Below are positions 19,422-30,993 of a stretch of DNA of 64,000 nucleotides, piece after piece. A program made the translations under genes and the position numbers. Below the pieces are notes generated by a model. That model ran no database searches. It was given only the letters and a program-made list of their open reading frames with translations, and was not told the origin of the DNA. The DNA is from an uncultured Peptococcaceae bacterium (GTDB lineage: Bacteria > Bacillota > Dehalobacteriia > UBA4068 > UBA4997), in assembly GCA_964569265.1 (NCBI GenBank), contig CAZMTO010000004.1, positions 5,988-69,987 of the forward strand. The letters run 5' to 3'. Position 1 is the first letter of the stretch. Each line of letters begins with the position of its first letter.

Positions 19422-20019
19422 ACCCAACCTTATGATATTGCTGGGGCTGTTGCTTATAGCGGCGGCCCTGTTGCTTTGCGGGGCCAATTTAGCCGAAGCT
19501 GCCCACGCCAAAAGTACCTCTCTGGCGGCGGCCAACCAACTGGAACAGCAAATACCGGCGGCGCCCACGCCTGCCACCGGTGTCGAGGCCGAAATACCGG
19601 ACTACCTGCTAAACCCCAATATGGCAATGCCCACCGCCACTGTTGACGGCGTTGATTACATAGGCGTGCTTAATATTGCGGCGCTAAATTTAAACCTGCC
19701 GATTATAAGCCGGTGGAGCTACCCCAACCTTAAAACAGCCCCCTGCCGCTATTCCGGTTCGGCGTACACGGATAATTTGGTGATAGCCGCGCACAACTAT
19801 GCCGCCCATTTTGGCCACTTAAAAAACCTGCACACCGGCGATGCCGTTACCTTTTGTGACATTGACGGCAACCAGTTTAGCTACACCGTAGCCGATATGG
19901 AGGTGCTGGCCGATACCGCGATAGAAGAAATGACCGACAGCGGTTGGCCGCTTACCCTGTTTACCTGCACGGTTGGCGGGCAAAGCCGCATTGCCATACG
20001 TTGCACCACCGCCGAATAA
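19402..20019 (+). CDS. Small sortase-family transpeptidase, second sortase of the locus (class B-like or anchoring type)
   Basis: Signal anchor; IAAHNY His motif; LTLFTCTVGG Cys motif; RIAIRC Arg motif; overlaps the basal pilin stop. Confidence 0.65.
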   Translation: MYTMKNKPNLMILLGLLLIAAALLLCGANLAEAAHAKSTSLAAANQLEQQIPAAPTPATGVEAEIPDYLLNPNMAMPTATVDGVDYIGVLNIAALNLNLPIISRWSYPNLKTAPCRYSGSAYTDNLVIAAHNYAAHFGHLKNLHTGDAVTFCDIDGNQFSYTVADMEVLADTAIEEMTDSGWPLTLFTCTVGGQSRIAIRCTTAE

Positions 20020-20027
20020 ACGCACAA

Positions 20028-20066
20028 AAGCCACCGACTGAAAAAATCGGTGGCTTTATTTTTTTG
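20028..20066 (+). terminator. Rho-independent terminator ending the pilus locus
   Basis: AAAGCCACCGA-N9-TCGGTGGCTTT hairpin plus T8. Confidence 0.85.
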
Positions 20067-20178
20067 TATTTGCACTGCCCAAAACCCACGCCCAAGCAAC
20101 GTAGCAACGTGGTGCCAAACCGGCTGCGCGGGAGCGCCCCCTGACAAGGGCGGCGGGCAGTTTGTTGCTGCCATAAAA

Positions 20179-21015
20179 TTAACGGCCGCGGGTGTAAACC
20201 AGCGAACTGATAATGCTGATAGCCAGCACGCAAACGATAAACCCAATGGAAACCGGTATGGAAATGTGAATGTCGGCAATAAGCAGCAGCAGCTTTACAC
20301 CGGTAAACGCCAAAATCAGCGCCACACCATACTTCATCAGGCAGAAGCGGTTTTGCATATGCTCGATAACAAAAAACAACTGCCGCATACCCATAATGGC
20401 CAAAATATTAGCAAAATAGATGATCATCATATGGCTGGATACCGAAAACGCCGCCGGCACCGAGTCGATAGCAAACAGAATATCCGAGGATTCAATAACG
20501 ATAAGCACAGCAAACAGGGGGGTCATAAGCCACTTGCCGTGTTCTTTAACAAAAAATTTGTTGCCGACAAAATCATCGGTAACGGGCAAAAATCTGGTCA
20601 ACAGCTTAAGTACGCGGTTATCGTGCGGCGAAACTTCTTCGTCGGAAGCGTGCGATTTAAGCATATTAAACGCACTGTACAGCAGCACAGCACCAAAAAT
20701 GTACAGCACCCACGAAAAGCTGTGAACAATGGTAGCGCCCAACGCAATAAAAATAAACCGCAGCACAATGGCGCCAATAATACCATAAGCCAAACAACGG
20801 TGCTGCAAAGATTCCGGCACACCAAAGCTGGCAAAAATAGACAGAAACACAAACATATTGTCCATACTAAGGCTAAATTCCAGCAGATAGCAGCCTAAAA
20901 ATTCCAGCGCCCAGGTTTGGTGCCCCGACACGTAGATTACGCCGGTGGTAATTAAGGCCACCGCCATCCATATGCCCACCCATTTAAAAGAATGTAGAAT
21001 TGATTTGTCCCTCAT
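20179..21015 (-). CDS. terC: TerC-family integral membrane protein (putative Mn/metal exporter)
   Basis: Multi-TM protein with the LEFSLSMDNMFVF and ESSDILFAIDSVPA TerC signatures. Confidence 0.8.
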   Translation of the reverse strand: MRDKSILHSFKWVGIWMAVALITTGVIYVSGHQTWALEFLGCYLLEFSLSMDNMFVFLSIFASFGVPESLQHRCLAYGIIGAIVLRFIFIALGATIVHSFSWVLYIFGAVLLYSAFNMLKSHASDEEVSPHDNRVLKLLTRFLPVTDDFVGNKFFVKEHGKWLMTPLFAVLIVIESSDILFAIDSVPAAFSVSSHMMIIYFANILAIMGMRQLFFVIEHMQNRFCLMKYGVALILAFTGVKLLLLIADIHISIPVSIGFIVCVLAISIISSLVYTRGR

Positions 21016-21062
21016 ACTATACCTCCGTTATAATAATATGCCGTAGTTACCCAAAATAAAGC

Positions 21063-21183
21063 AAAAAAATAAAGACCCCGATGACAAAATCATCAAGGTC
21101 TTACTTCCACTTTGGGACGCGCTGCCGGGCTTTTGGCCGGGAATGACGACACCGCGATTTATAAGTTACTCCCCTTAACGGTG
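21063..21183 (-). ncRNA. yybP-ykoY (Mn2+) riboswitch with terminator-type expression platform
   Basis: Minus-strand leader reads AAGGGGAGUA ... GUCGUCAUUC-hairpin ... GUAAGACCUUG, matching the conserved yybP-ykoY blocks, then a hairpin and U-tract; promoter TTGACA-N17-TAAAAT just upstream. Confidence 0.65.
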
Positions 21184-21234
21184 ATGTAATTTTCAGTTAT
21201 TTTACTGCTTATATTTGGTACATTTGATATTTTA

Positions 21235-23294
<2,060 letters not shown>

Positions 23295-23303
23295 TTAAGC
23301 TTT

Positions 23304-24812
23304 TTAACATATCAGACTCTGCCCCGTCATCTCAGCAGGGACAGCAACACCCAGCATTTGCAGCAGGGTGGGTGCAATATCGCACAGAGCACCGTCTTTA
23401 AGCCGGCCGGGGTAATTTACCATAATTATCGGCACCAAAGACGTTGTATGCGCCGTAACAGGGTTGCCGTCCTCGTCTAACAGGCGCTCTACATTGCCGT
23501 GGTCTGCCGTTATAAGCAAAGCACCGCCCGCTGCCTTTATCGCCGCTTCTATGCGGCCAAGGCAGGTATCTACAGTTTCTACCGCTTTTACCGCTGCCGG
23601 TATTACCCCTGTGTGGCCCACCATATCCGGGTTAGCCAAATTTAAAATTATCGCGTCATATTCGCCGCTGTTTATGGCCGCCACCACTTTGTCGCAAACC
23701 TCCGACGCGCTCATTTCCGGCTGAAGATCGTATGTAGCCACCTTAGGTGATGCTACCAAAATGCGCTCCTCGCCGGGGTTGGGTTTTTCTACCCCGCCAT
23801 TAAAAAAGAAGGTTACGTGCGCGTATTTTTCGGTTTCGGCAATACGCAGTTGCTTTAAGCTCGCCTGCGCCAAAACTTCTCCCAGGGTGTTAACCGGTGT
23901 TTGCTTTTTAAAGGCCACCGGCAAATCAAAGGTTTCGTCGTATTCCGTCATACAGCAGTAGCTTACCTGCGGATACTGCGGTCTGGCAAATTCCGCAAAG
24001 TCGGTCTCGCAAAAAGCACGGGTAATTTCTCGCGCACGGTCGGCCCTAAAGTTATAAAAAATCAGGCTGTCACCGTTTTGCACGGTAAAATCCTTATTAT
24101 CCGGCACTATCGGCTCAATAAATTCATCGGTAACGCCGGCTGCATAGCTGCCGCGCACAGCCGCGGGCAAATCTGCCGCCACTGCACCTTCGGCCAGCAC
24201 CATAGCACGCCAGGCTTTTTCTACTCGGTCCCAGCGCTTATCTCTGTCCATAGCCCAAAAACGGCCGCAAACCACACCGGGCGCACCATAGCCGGTTTGG
24301 GCAAAATGCGCCAACAGCCGCTCCAGATAATCTATGCCGGAGGTCGGCGGAACATCACGGCCATCCATAAAGCAATGTACATAGGTTTGCTTTATACCCA
24401 TAGCCTGCGCCATTGCCAGCAGCGCCAGCAGGTGATTAAAATGGCTGTGTACGCCGCCGTCTGAAAGCAAACCCATAAGGTGCAAACGGCCGGTTTTTTC
24501 AGCAACCGCCATAGCCTGCACCAGTGCCGGGTTTTGCGCCAGCTCTCCGTCGGCAATAGCTTTATCAATCGCTGTTAAATCCTGATAAATTACCCGCCCT
24601 GCACCAATATTAAGGTGTCCAACCTCCGAATTACCCATCAGGCCGTCAGGCAAACCAACTGCCAAACCGCTGGCTTTTAGCGTTGCCGTGGGGTTTTCTC
24701 GGCACAAGCGGTCAAAGTTAGGCAGCTTAGCAAGGCTAAGTGCATCGCCGGGCAGGCCGGTTTTTAGCCCCCAACCGTCCATTATGCAGAGCATTATCGG
24801 TTTTTGTTTCAT
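23304..24812 (-). CDS. gpmI: 2,3-bisphosphoglycerate-independent phosphoglycerate mutase
   Basis: MKQKPIMLCIMDGWG N-terminus; ~500 aa iPGM. Confidence 0.95.
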   Translation of the reverse strand: MKQKPIMLCIMDGWGLKTGLPGDALSLAKLPNFDRLCRENPTATLKASGLAVGLPDGLMGNSEVGHLNIGAGRVIYQDLTAIDKAIADGELAQNPALVQAMAVAEKTGRLHLMGLLSDGGVHSHFNHLLALLAMAQAMGIKQTYVHCFMDGRDVPPTSGIDYLERLLAHFAQTGYGAPGVVCGRFWAMDRDKRWDRVEKAWRAMVLAEGAVAADLPAAVRGSYAAGVTDEFIEPIVPDNKDFTVQNGDSLIFYNFRADRAREITRAFCETDFAEFARPQYPQVSYCCMTEYDETFDLPVAFKKQTPVNTLGEVLAQASLKQLRIAETEKYAHVTFFFNGGVEKPNPGEERILVASPKVATYDLQPEMSASEVCDKVVAAINSGEYDAIILNLANPDMVGHTGVIPAAVKAVETVDTCLGRIEAAIKAAGGALLITADHGNVERLLDEDGNPVTAHTTSLVPIIMVNYPGRLKDGALCDIAPTLLQMLGVAVPAEMTGQSLIC

Positions 24813-24858
24813 CTTGTTATACCTTTATAATATATTTGTATAATACTTTTGGCAGCTA

Positions 24859-25650
24859 TTATTTTATATTTACACCGACAAAAGCTTCCCGGCAAAGCTC
24901 GGCAAAGGTAGCCGCTTTAAGCGACGCACCACCAACCAGCGCACCGTCAACATCGGGTGCTGCCATAAAAGAAGCTACATTTTGCGGGCTTACGCTGCCG
25001 CCGTACAAAATTCTGATACTGTCGGCAACATCACCGGCCTGTTCGCGCAAATATTCTCTAATAACCTTGCAGGCCATTTGCGCTTCGTCGGCTGTGGCGG
25101 CTTTGCCGGTGCCAATAGCCCAAATAGGCTCGTAGGCAATAACAATGTCGGCCTTGCCATCCCAAAAACGCATACTTTCGTAAAGCTGCGCTTCTAACCA
25201 TTCGGCAGTAAGCCCACCTTCGTGTATCGACTCACTTTCTCCCACGCACAAAATCGGCGTCATACCGGCTGCAAGGGCAGCACCGCACTTTTTAGATACC
25301 ATTTCGCTGGATTCCTGCAACAGGGTGCGGCGTTCAGAATGTCCGCAAATAACATAGCCCACGCCACATTCGGTAAGCATACCGGGCGATATTTCGCCGG
25401 TAAAGGCACCGGCAGTCTGCCAAAAAACATCCTGCGCGCCCAAACCAATGTTAACGCTGCCCTGTGTAATAGCTGTATGCAAGGGGTAAAGCGCCGTAAA
25501 GGGCGGGCAAAATACCACGTCGGCTTCGGTATCGTTTAAATCCCTGTTTATAACATCGGCACCAACCTGAGCAAATTCGGCCAGCCAGCCTAAGCTTTCC
25601 TCTACAGTTTGGTTCATCTTCCAGTTAGCTGCAAGCAAAGGTTTCCTCAT
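24859..25650 (-). CDS. tpiA: Triosephosphate isomerase
   Basis: AANWKMN start; AYEPIWAIGTG and ILYGGSV motifs. Confidence 0.97.
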   Translation of the reverse strand: MRKPLLAANWKMNQTVEESLGWLAEFAQVGADVINRDLNDTEADVVFCPPFTALYPLHTAITQGSVNIGLGAQDVFWQTAGAFTGEISPGMLTECGVGYVICGHSERRTLLQESSEMVSKKCGAALAAGMTPILCVGESESIHEGGLTAEWLEAQLYESMRFWDGKADIVIAYEPIWAIGTGKAATADEAQMACKVIREYLREQAGDVADSIRILYGGSVSPQNVASFMAAPDVDGALVGGASLKAATFAELCREAFVGVNIK

Positions 25651-25668
25651 AATACATCCTCCGTTGAA

Positions 25669-26862
25669 TTATCTTGCGTTTTGCAAAACCTCTACGCCGG
25701 GCAGATGACGACCCTCCAGATATTCCAGAGTGGAGCCGCCGCCGGTGGAAATATGCGTGATCATATAGCCTACACCGGCCTGATCAATAGCCGCAATCGA
25801 ATCACCGCCGCCAACAATGGTCTGCGCCTTAGATTTTGCACAGGCAACGGCAATAGCTTCGGTGCCTTTGGCAAAGGCGGGCATTTCAAACACACCCATA
25901 GGGCCGTTCCAGATAACGGTTTTAGCGCTTTGCACCAGCTCACAATAGGTACGCACGGTGTTTTTGCCCATATCCAGCGCCATCCAGCTTTTTGGTATGC
26001 AGTTTATTTTTACATTACGGTGTTTGGCATCGGCAGAAAATTCTTCGGCCACCACCAAATCTTCGGGCAGTACAATTTTTTTGGCAATATCGCGCTTTAA
26101 CAGGTCTTTTACCACATCAACCTGATCTTCGGATATTTTAGAAGCGCCAACATCGTAGCCCAGGGCATACAAAAAGGTGTTGGCCATAGCCCCGCCAATA
26201 AGCAATCTGTCTACCACCGGCAGCAGGTTTTTAATAACACCTATTTTATCATCTACCTTGGCACCGCCCATAACAGCCACCACCGGGCGGTTGGGTTCGG
26301 CCAAAATTTTGCTCATCATAACCAGGTCTTTTTCCAGCAAAAAGCCGGCAACAGCCGGTAAATGTTCGGCCACACCCACCAAAGATGCATGGGCGCGGTG
26401 TACGGCACCAAAGGCATCCGATACAAAAACCTCGCCCAGCTTTGCCAGTTCGGCAGCAAAGGCAGGGGCGTTCTTTTCTTCTTCTTTATGGAAGCGCAGA
26501 TTTTCCAGCAGCAAAACTTCACCGGGCTGTAATTCTGCCGCCATTTTTTCAGCTTCGTGACCAATGCAGTCCGGGCAGAATTTTACCGGGGCATCCAGCA
26601 GGCGCTGCAAATGCGGCACCAAAACCTCTAAGCTGTACTTCATATTGCGCTCACCCTTGGGGCGGCCCAAATGGCTCATCAAAATTACTCTGGCATCGCG
26701 CTTTAACAAATATTGCAGGGTGGGTATAGTACCTTCTACACGGGTAAGGTTGGTCACCTTGCCGTCTTCCATCGGCACATTATAATCTACACGCACCAGC
26801 ACGCGCTTATTATCAACATCAATATCTCTTACTGTTTTTTTATTATAAAAAACTATCGACAT
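25669..26862 (-). CDS. pgk: Phosphoglycerate kinase
   Basis: RVDYNVP and MSHLGRP motifs; start MSIVF is 8 nt after AGGAGG (the ORF-track start is upstream). Confidence 0.95.
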   Translation of the reverse strand: MSIVFYNKKTVRDIDVDNKRVLVRVDYNVPMEDGKVTNLTRVEGTIPTLQYLLKRDARVILMSHLGRPKGERNMKYSLEVLVPHLQRLLDAPVKFCPDCIGHEAEKMAAELQPGEVLLLENLRFHKEEEKNAPAFAAELAKLGEVFVSDAFGAVHRAHASLVGVAEHLPAVAGFLLEKDLVMMSKILAEPNRPVVAVMGGAKVDDKIGVIKNLLPVVDRLLIGGAMANTFLYALGYDVGASKISEDQVDVVKDLLKRDIAKKIVLPEDLVVAEEFSADAKHRNVKINCIPKSWMALDMGKNTVRTYCELVQSAKTVIWNGPMGVFEMPAFAKGTEAIAVACAKSKAQTIVGGGDSIAAIDQAGVGYMITHISTGGGSTLEYLEGRHLPGVEVLQNAR

Positions 26863-26939
26863 AATATACCTCCTAAAAAGCCTTTTACGCAACAAAAGTA
26901 TCGGCCGGCAACCAACCGATACTTTTGTAAAATAAACGC

Positions 26940-27947
26940 TTAAATACCTTTAGATGCAATGTATTTAACCAAATCTACCACGCGGTTGCTGTAGCCCCAT
27001 TCGTTATCATACCAGGCAACAACTTTTACCAGATTGCCCTCGATAACCATAGTAGAAAGTGCATCTACCGTAGAGGAATTTTGACAGCCATTATAATCAC
27101 AGGATACCAACGGCAGATCACAATAACCCAAAATGCCGTTTAAAGCACCTTCGGCCGCCGTTTTAAGTACCGAATTTATTTCTTCTGCCGTAGCGGGCTT
27201 ATCCAGCTCGGCAACCAAATCTACCATCGAAACATTAGCGGTAGGTACGCGCACTGCAAAGCCATTAAGCTTGCCCTTAAGCTGGGGCAATACCAAAGCA
27301 ACGGCCTTGGCGGCACCGGTGGTGGTGGGTATCATAGAACAAGCACCGGCACGTGCCCGGCGGAAGTCCTTATGGTTACGGTCTAAAATGCACTGGTCAT
27401 TGGTATAAGAATGTACAGTGGTCATAAGGCCGCGCTTAATGCCAAATTCAGCATCTAACACCTTGGCAACAGGTGCCAGGCAGTTGGTGGTGCAACTGGC
27501 GTTAGAAATGATATGGTGTTCAGCCGGATCATATTTATCCTCGTTAACGCCCATAACAATGGTAACGTCCTCGTTTTTACCGGGTGCAGTAAGCACAACC
27601 TTTTTAGCGCCGGCAGTAATATGAGCGCAGGCTTTTTTAGCATCGTTAAATACACCGGTAGATTCTACTACCAAATCTACACCCAATTCTCCCCAAGGCA
27701 GGTCAGCAGGGTTTCTTTCGGCAAACACCGGTATGGTAACACCATCGATGATCATAGTTTTTTCATCGGGGGCGCTTACCTCGTGCGGCCAGGTACCGTG
27801 AACGGAATCGAACTTAAGCAGATGTGAATTGATTTTGGCATCGGCAGTATCGTTGATCGCTACGATTTCTACACCGGGCTGACCAAATGCAGCGCGGAAA
27901 ACCAGACGACCGATACGCCCAAAGCCATTGATTGCAATTTTTACCAT
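26940..27947 (-). CDS. gap: Glyceraldehyde-3-phosphate dehydrogenase
   Basis: INGFGRIGR NAD-binding motif; ASCTTNCLAP active site. Confidence 0.97.
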   Translation of the reverse strand: MVKIAINGFGRIGRLVFRAAFGQPGVEIVAINDTADAKINSHLLKFDSVHGTWPHEVSAPDEKTMIIDGVTIPVFAERNPADLPWGELGVDLVVESTGVFNDAKKACAHITAGAKKVVLTAPGKNEDVTIVMGVNEDKYDPAEHHIISNASCTTNCLAPVAKVLDAEFGIKRGLMTTVHSYTNDQCILDRNHKDFRRARAGACSMIPTTTGAAKAVALVLPQLKGKLNGFAVRVPTANVSMVDLVAELDKPATAEEINSVLKTAAEGALNGILGYCDLPLVSCDYNGCQNSSTVDALSTMVIEGNLVKVVAWYDNEWGYSNRVVDLVKYIASKGI

Positions 27948-28138
27948 TGTTACAAGCTCCTTTCGTCAATAAAGGGGATATATTATTTTTTGCCCCGGCC
28001 ATTACTTAAAAAAGCGCAAAATTTTTTTGCACGGTAAAAACCGGCGGCATTTATTTACAATTCAATTTTATCAAATGCCGGCGCAAATAGCAAGAACAAA
28101 AAGCATATTTACCGCTTTTTATGCTGCCCGCCTGCAAT

Positions 28139-29098
28139 TTAGTCCACCGGCAGCTCATCAGCCAGTTGTTCCAGCTTGTGCAAACGGTGGTACAGCCCCG
28201 CTTTAGATATTGCTTTGTCAAAATGATCTTTAAGCTCGTTAAGCGGCAGCTCCGGGTGTTCTAACCTTACGGCGGCGGTTTCCTGCAAAGGGCGAGAAAG
28301 TTCTTTTAAACGCCCGACCGCAATAAGCCGACGAATAGCTGCCACCTGCCGCTGGGCGGCATCCACGGCTTTATCCATATTGGCGGTATCGCAGTTTATA
28401 ATGCGGTTAAGGTTGTTGTTGGTATCCTTAATAACACGCACGTTTTCTAATTGCAGCAGGGCACTGTGCGCCCCAATAACATTTAAAAAATCGCTTATTT
28501 GCTCGGCACCCTTGCCATAAACCAAAAACCTGCCCTTGCGCTGGTTTATCTTAAGCCCAAGGTCATAGCTGTCGGCCAGGGCCAGCAAAAAATTAGCCTG
28601 ATAAATATCCTGACAAACTATTTCTATATGGTAGGCACGCTGCGGATCACTTATAAAGCCGCTGCCCAAAAACGCCCCCCGCAAATACGACCGCCTACAG
28701 CACGATGACGGAAACACCTGCTTTAAGGTGGTAATATTACCGATATCCAGCCCGGCATTCCACGGGTTACCGTCGGGTATTTGGGCAAATGCCGACAATA
28801 TATCCTTAACGCCCTCCTGCGGGGGTATACGCAGGGTATAAATGCGGCTTTTTTTAAAATGGCGGCTATCCCGCACCAAAATTTCCGACGACAACCCCCA
28901 AAGCTCTTTTACCAGCTTAAAGTAACGGCGGGCCACACCGGGGCTGCCGGTGGTAGCCAAAATGGCCGGCTTCCCCCCGCCGGAAAGTGTAACGTTGCCG
29001 CTCATACGCAAATATGCCAAAAATTCGGCACGTCGGCAGCAATCCTTGCCGCTGTTTATATGCAGCAGTTGTTCTTTTACATCCAGCGTAAAGCTCAT
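28139..29098 (-). CDS. whiA: DNA-binding sporulation/cell-division regulator WhiA
   Basis: MSFTLDVKEQL start, LAGLIDADG-like domains and C-terminal HTH; last gene of the rapZ-yvcK-whiA cluster. Confidence 0.9.
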   Translation of the reverse strand: MSFTLDVKEQLLHINSGKDCCRRAEFLAYLRMSGNVTLSGGGKPAILATTGSPGVARRYFKLVKELWGLSSEILVRDSRHFKKSRIYTLRIPPQEGVKDILSAFAQIPDGNPWNAGLDIGNITTLKQVFPSSCCRRSYLRGAFLGSGFISDPQRAYHIEIVCQDIYQANFLLALADSYDLGLKINQRKGRFLVYGKGAEQISDFLNVIGAHSALLQLENVRVIKDTNNNLNRIINCDTANMDKAVDAAQRQVAAIRRLIAVGRLKELSRPLQETAAVRLEHPELPLNELKDHFDKAISKAGLYHRLHKLEQLADELPVD

Positions 29099-30078
29099 AA
29101 ATCCTCCTCCAACAAGTCTGTTAACACCGTTAAAAGCTTTTTACGGTTGTGCTGCCACAGGTTTACATCATCTACAAAATCGGCGCAAACCGTGCGTACC
29201 GGCAGGTTGGCCGCAAAGTCACAAATTATCGGCCGTGATTTATGCTCGGCCAGCCTTTGCAGCGCCCACGCCGGGTAGGTGCCGCTGTTGGCCACCACCA
29301 CATCAATAAAACTGCCACTGCCGCAGCCCTGCTGCTTAAAATAGTCCTCTAACAGGCCATAAGCCACGCTTAACCTGTCTGATACCAGCTCGGCCGGTTC
29401 GGTAGCCATATTAGCCAGATAACACACCTTAGCCGGGCTGTCAGCCAAAGCCTTGGCCATACCCGGCAGCAGCAAATTGCTTATAAGGCTGGAATATATG
29501 CTGCCCGGCCCGATAAATATGTAATCGGCGGCAGCTATGGCTTGCAGCACCGACGGCAGGGGTCGGCAGTTATCGCCCTGCAAAAACAGGCGCTTTATAC
29601 CGCGGGTATCGGCAGCAATTTCAGCCTCGCCGCAAATTTCGGTACCGTCGTCCAGCACGGCAGCCAGGCTCACATCATCAACTGTTGCCGGCAGCACCCG
29701 CCCGGTTATGGCCAAAATGCCCGCCAACCTGTCGGTAGCAGCGGCAATATCCATATCTTCGGCCTGCATTATTGCCGCCAGCAAAATATTGCCCACATTA
29801 TGCCCCGACAACGTTCCTCCCTCCGGAAAACGGTACGCCAACAGGCGTTCAACATCAAGCTCGCGGCTGGAAAGCGCCGAAAGGCAGTTGCGAATATCAC
29901 CCGGCGGCAGCATACCAAATTCTCGCCGCAATTTACCGGAGCTGCCGCCGTTATCAGTCATGGCCACCACCGCCGTTAAATTAGGCGTAAGCCGCTTTAG
30001 CACCCTAAGCAGGTTAGCCAGCCCGGTGCCGCCGCCAATAGCCACAATATTCATTTGTTGTATAGATTTAGGCTTCAT
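29095..30078 (-). CDS. yvcK: Gluconeogenesis factor YvcK (UPF0052/CofD-like)
   Basis: IVAIGGGTGLANLL motif. Confidence 0.85.
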   Translation of the reverse strand: MKPKSIQQMNIVAIGGGTGLANLLRVLKRLTPNLTAVVAMTDNGGSSGKLRREFGMLPPGDIRNCLSALSSRELDVERLLAYRFPEGGTLSGHNVGNILLAAIMQAEDMDIAAATDRLAGILAITGRVLPATVDDVSLAAVLDDGTEICGEAEIAADTRGIKRLFLQGDNCRPLPSVLQAIAAADYIFIGPGSIYSSLISNLLLPGMAKALADSPAKVCYLANMATEPAELVSDRLSVAYGLLEDYFKQQGCGSGSFIDVVVANSGTYPAWALQRLAEHKSRPIICDFAANLPVRTVCADFVDDVNLWQHNRKKLLTVLTDLLEEDL

Positions 30079-30096
30079 ACGCTTCTCCTGTCTGCT

Positions 30097-30954
30097 TTAC
30101 CTGTCTATATCGCGGTGAGCTACCCGCAAAGTAGCTGCCACACCAAGCTGCTGCATACGCCGGGCAATTTCTTCGGCTATGGCCACCGACCGATGCCTGC
30201 CGCCGGTGCAGCCTACCGCCAGCGACAGATGATGTTTGCCCTGCGCCAGATACTGCGGTAAAAGCTCGGCCAAAATATCGCAGTATTTGCTTAAAAAGCT
30301 TTGGGTAGCCTCGCGGTCAAGCACAAAGCTTTTTATCGGCTCATCCAAGCCGGAAAGCGGCTTTAAGTCGGCCACATAAAAGGGGTTGGGCAAAAACCGC
30401 GCATCCAGCACCAAATCAACATCTATGGGCAAACCGTATTTATAACCAAAGCTGGTTATGCTAAACAGCATACGGTTGTTTTCTCCGCCGGAAAGTAACG
30501 CGCCGGCCTTAGCCTTAAAGTCCTGCACACGCAGGTTAGATGTATCTATAACAATATCGGCCATACCGCGCAGGCGCTGCAAACGGCGGCGTTCTTCGCG
30601 TATGCCGTCTAACACGCTGCCGTTTTTGGCCATTGGGTGACGGCGGCGGGTTTCTTTAAAGCGGCGCACCAATGCTTCATCCGATGCCTCTAAAAAAATT
30701 ATTTCGTAAGTAATGCCTTTATTCTTTAATTCCTGCAAAACATCGTACACCCCGGCAAAAAATTTACCGCCGCGCACATCGGCCACCAAAGCTACCCGCG
30801 GGTATTCCGGCTGTGCCTGATTAAGCAGTTCAACAAATTTGGCAAACAGGTTGGGCGGCAAATTATCGGCGCAGTAATAACCCATATCCTCTAATAGCTG
30901 CACCATATTGGTTTTGCCCGCGCCGCTCATACCGGTCACGATTTTTAATTCCAT
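30097..30954 (-). CDS. rapZ: RNase adapter protein RapZ (YvcJ)
   Basis: MELKIVTGMSGAGKT P-loop at the N-terminus. Confidence 0.9.
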   Translation of the reverse strand: MELKIVTGMSGAGKTNMVQLLEDMGYYCADNLPPNLFAKFVELLNQAQPEYPRVALVADVRGGKFFAGVYDVLQELKNKGITYEIIFLEASDEALVRRFKETRRRHPMAKNGSVLDGIREERRRLQRLRGMADIVIDTSNLRVQDFKAKAGALLSGGENNRMLFSITSFGYKYGLPIDVDLVLDARFLPNPFYVADLKPLSGLDEPIKSFVLDREATQSFLSKYCDILAELLPQYLAQGKHHLSLAVGCTGGRHRSVAIAEEIARRMQQLGVAATLRVAHRDIDR

Positions 30955-30993
30955 TGCCCTGCACCTCTATCTTTACTTTTTTTAATATATTTT

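Noticed and set aside
20050-20898. 282-aa plus-strand ORF overlapping terC
   Set aside because: It is antisense to a clear TerC-family membrane protein. The translation is basic, low-complexity and lacks an RBS.
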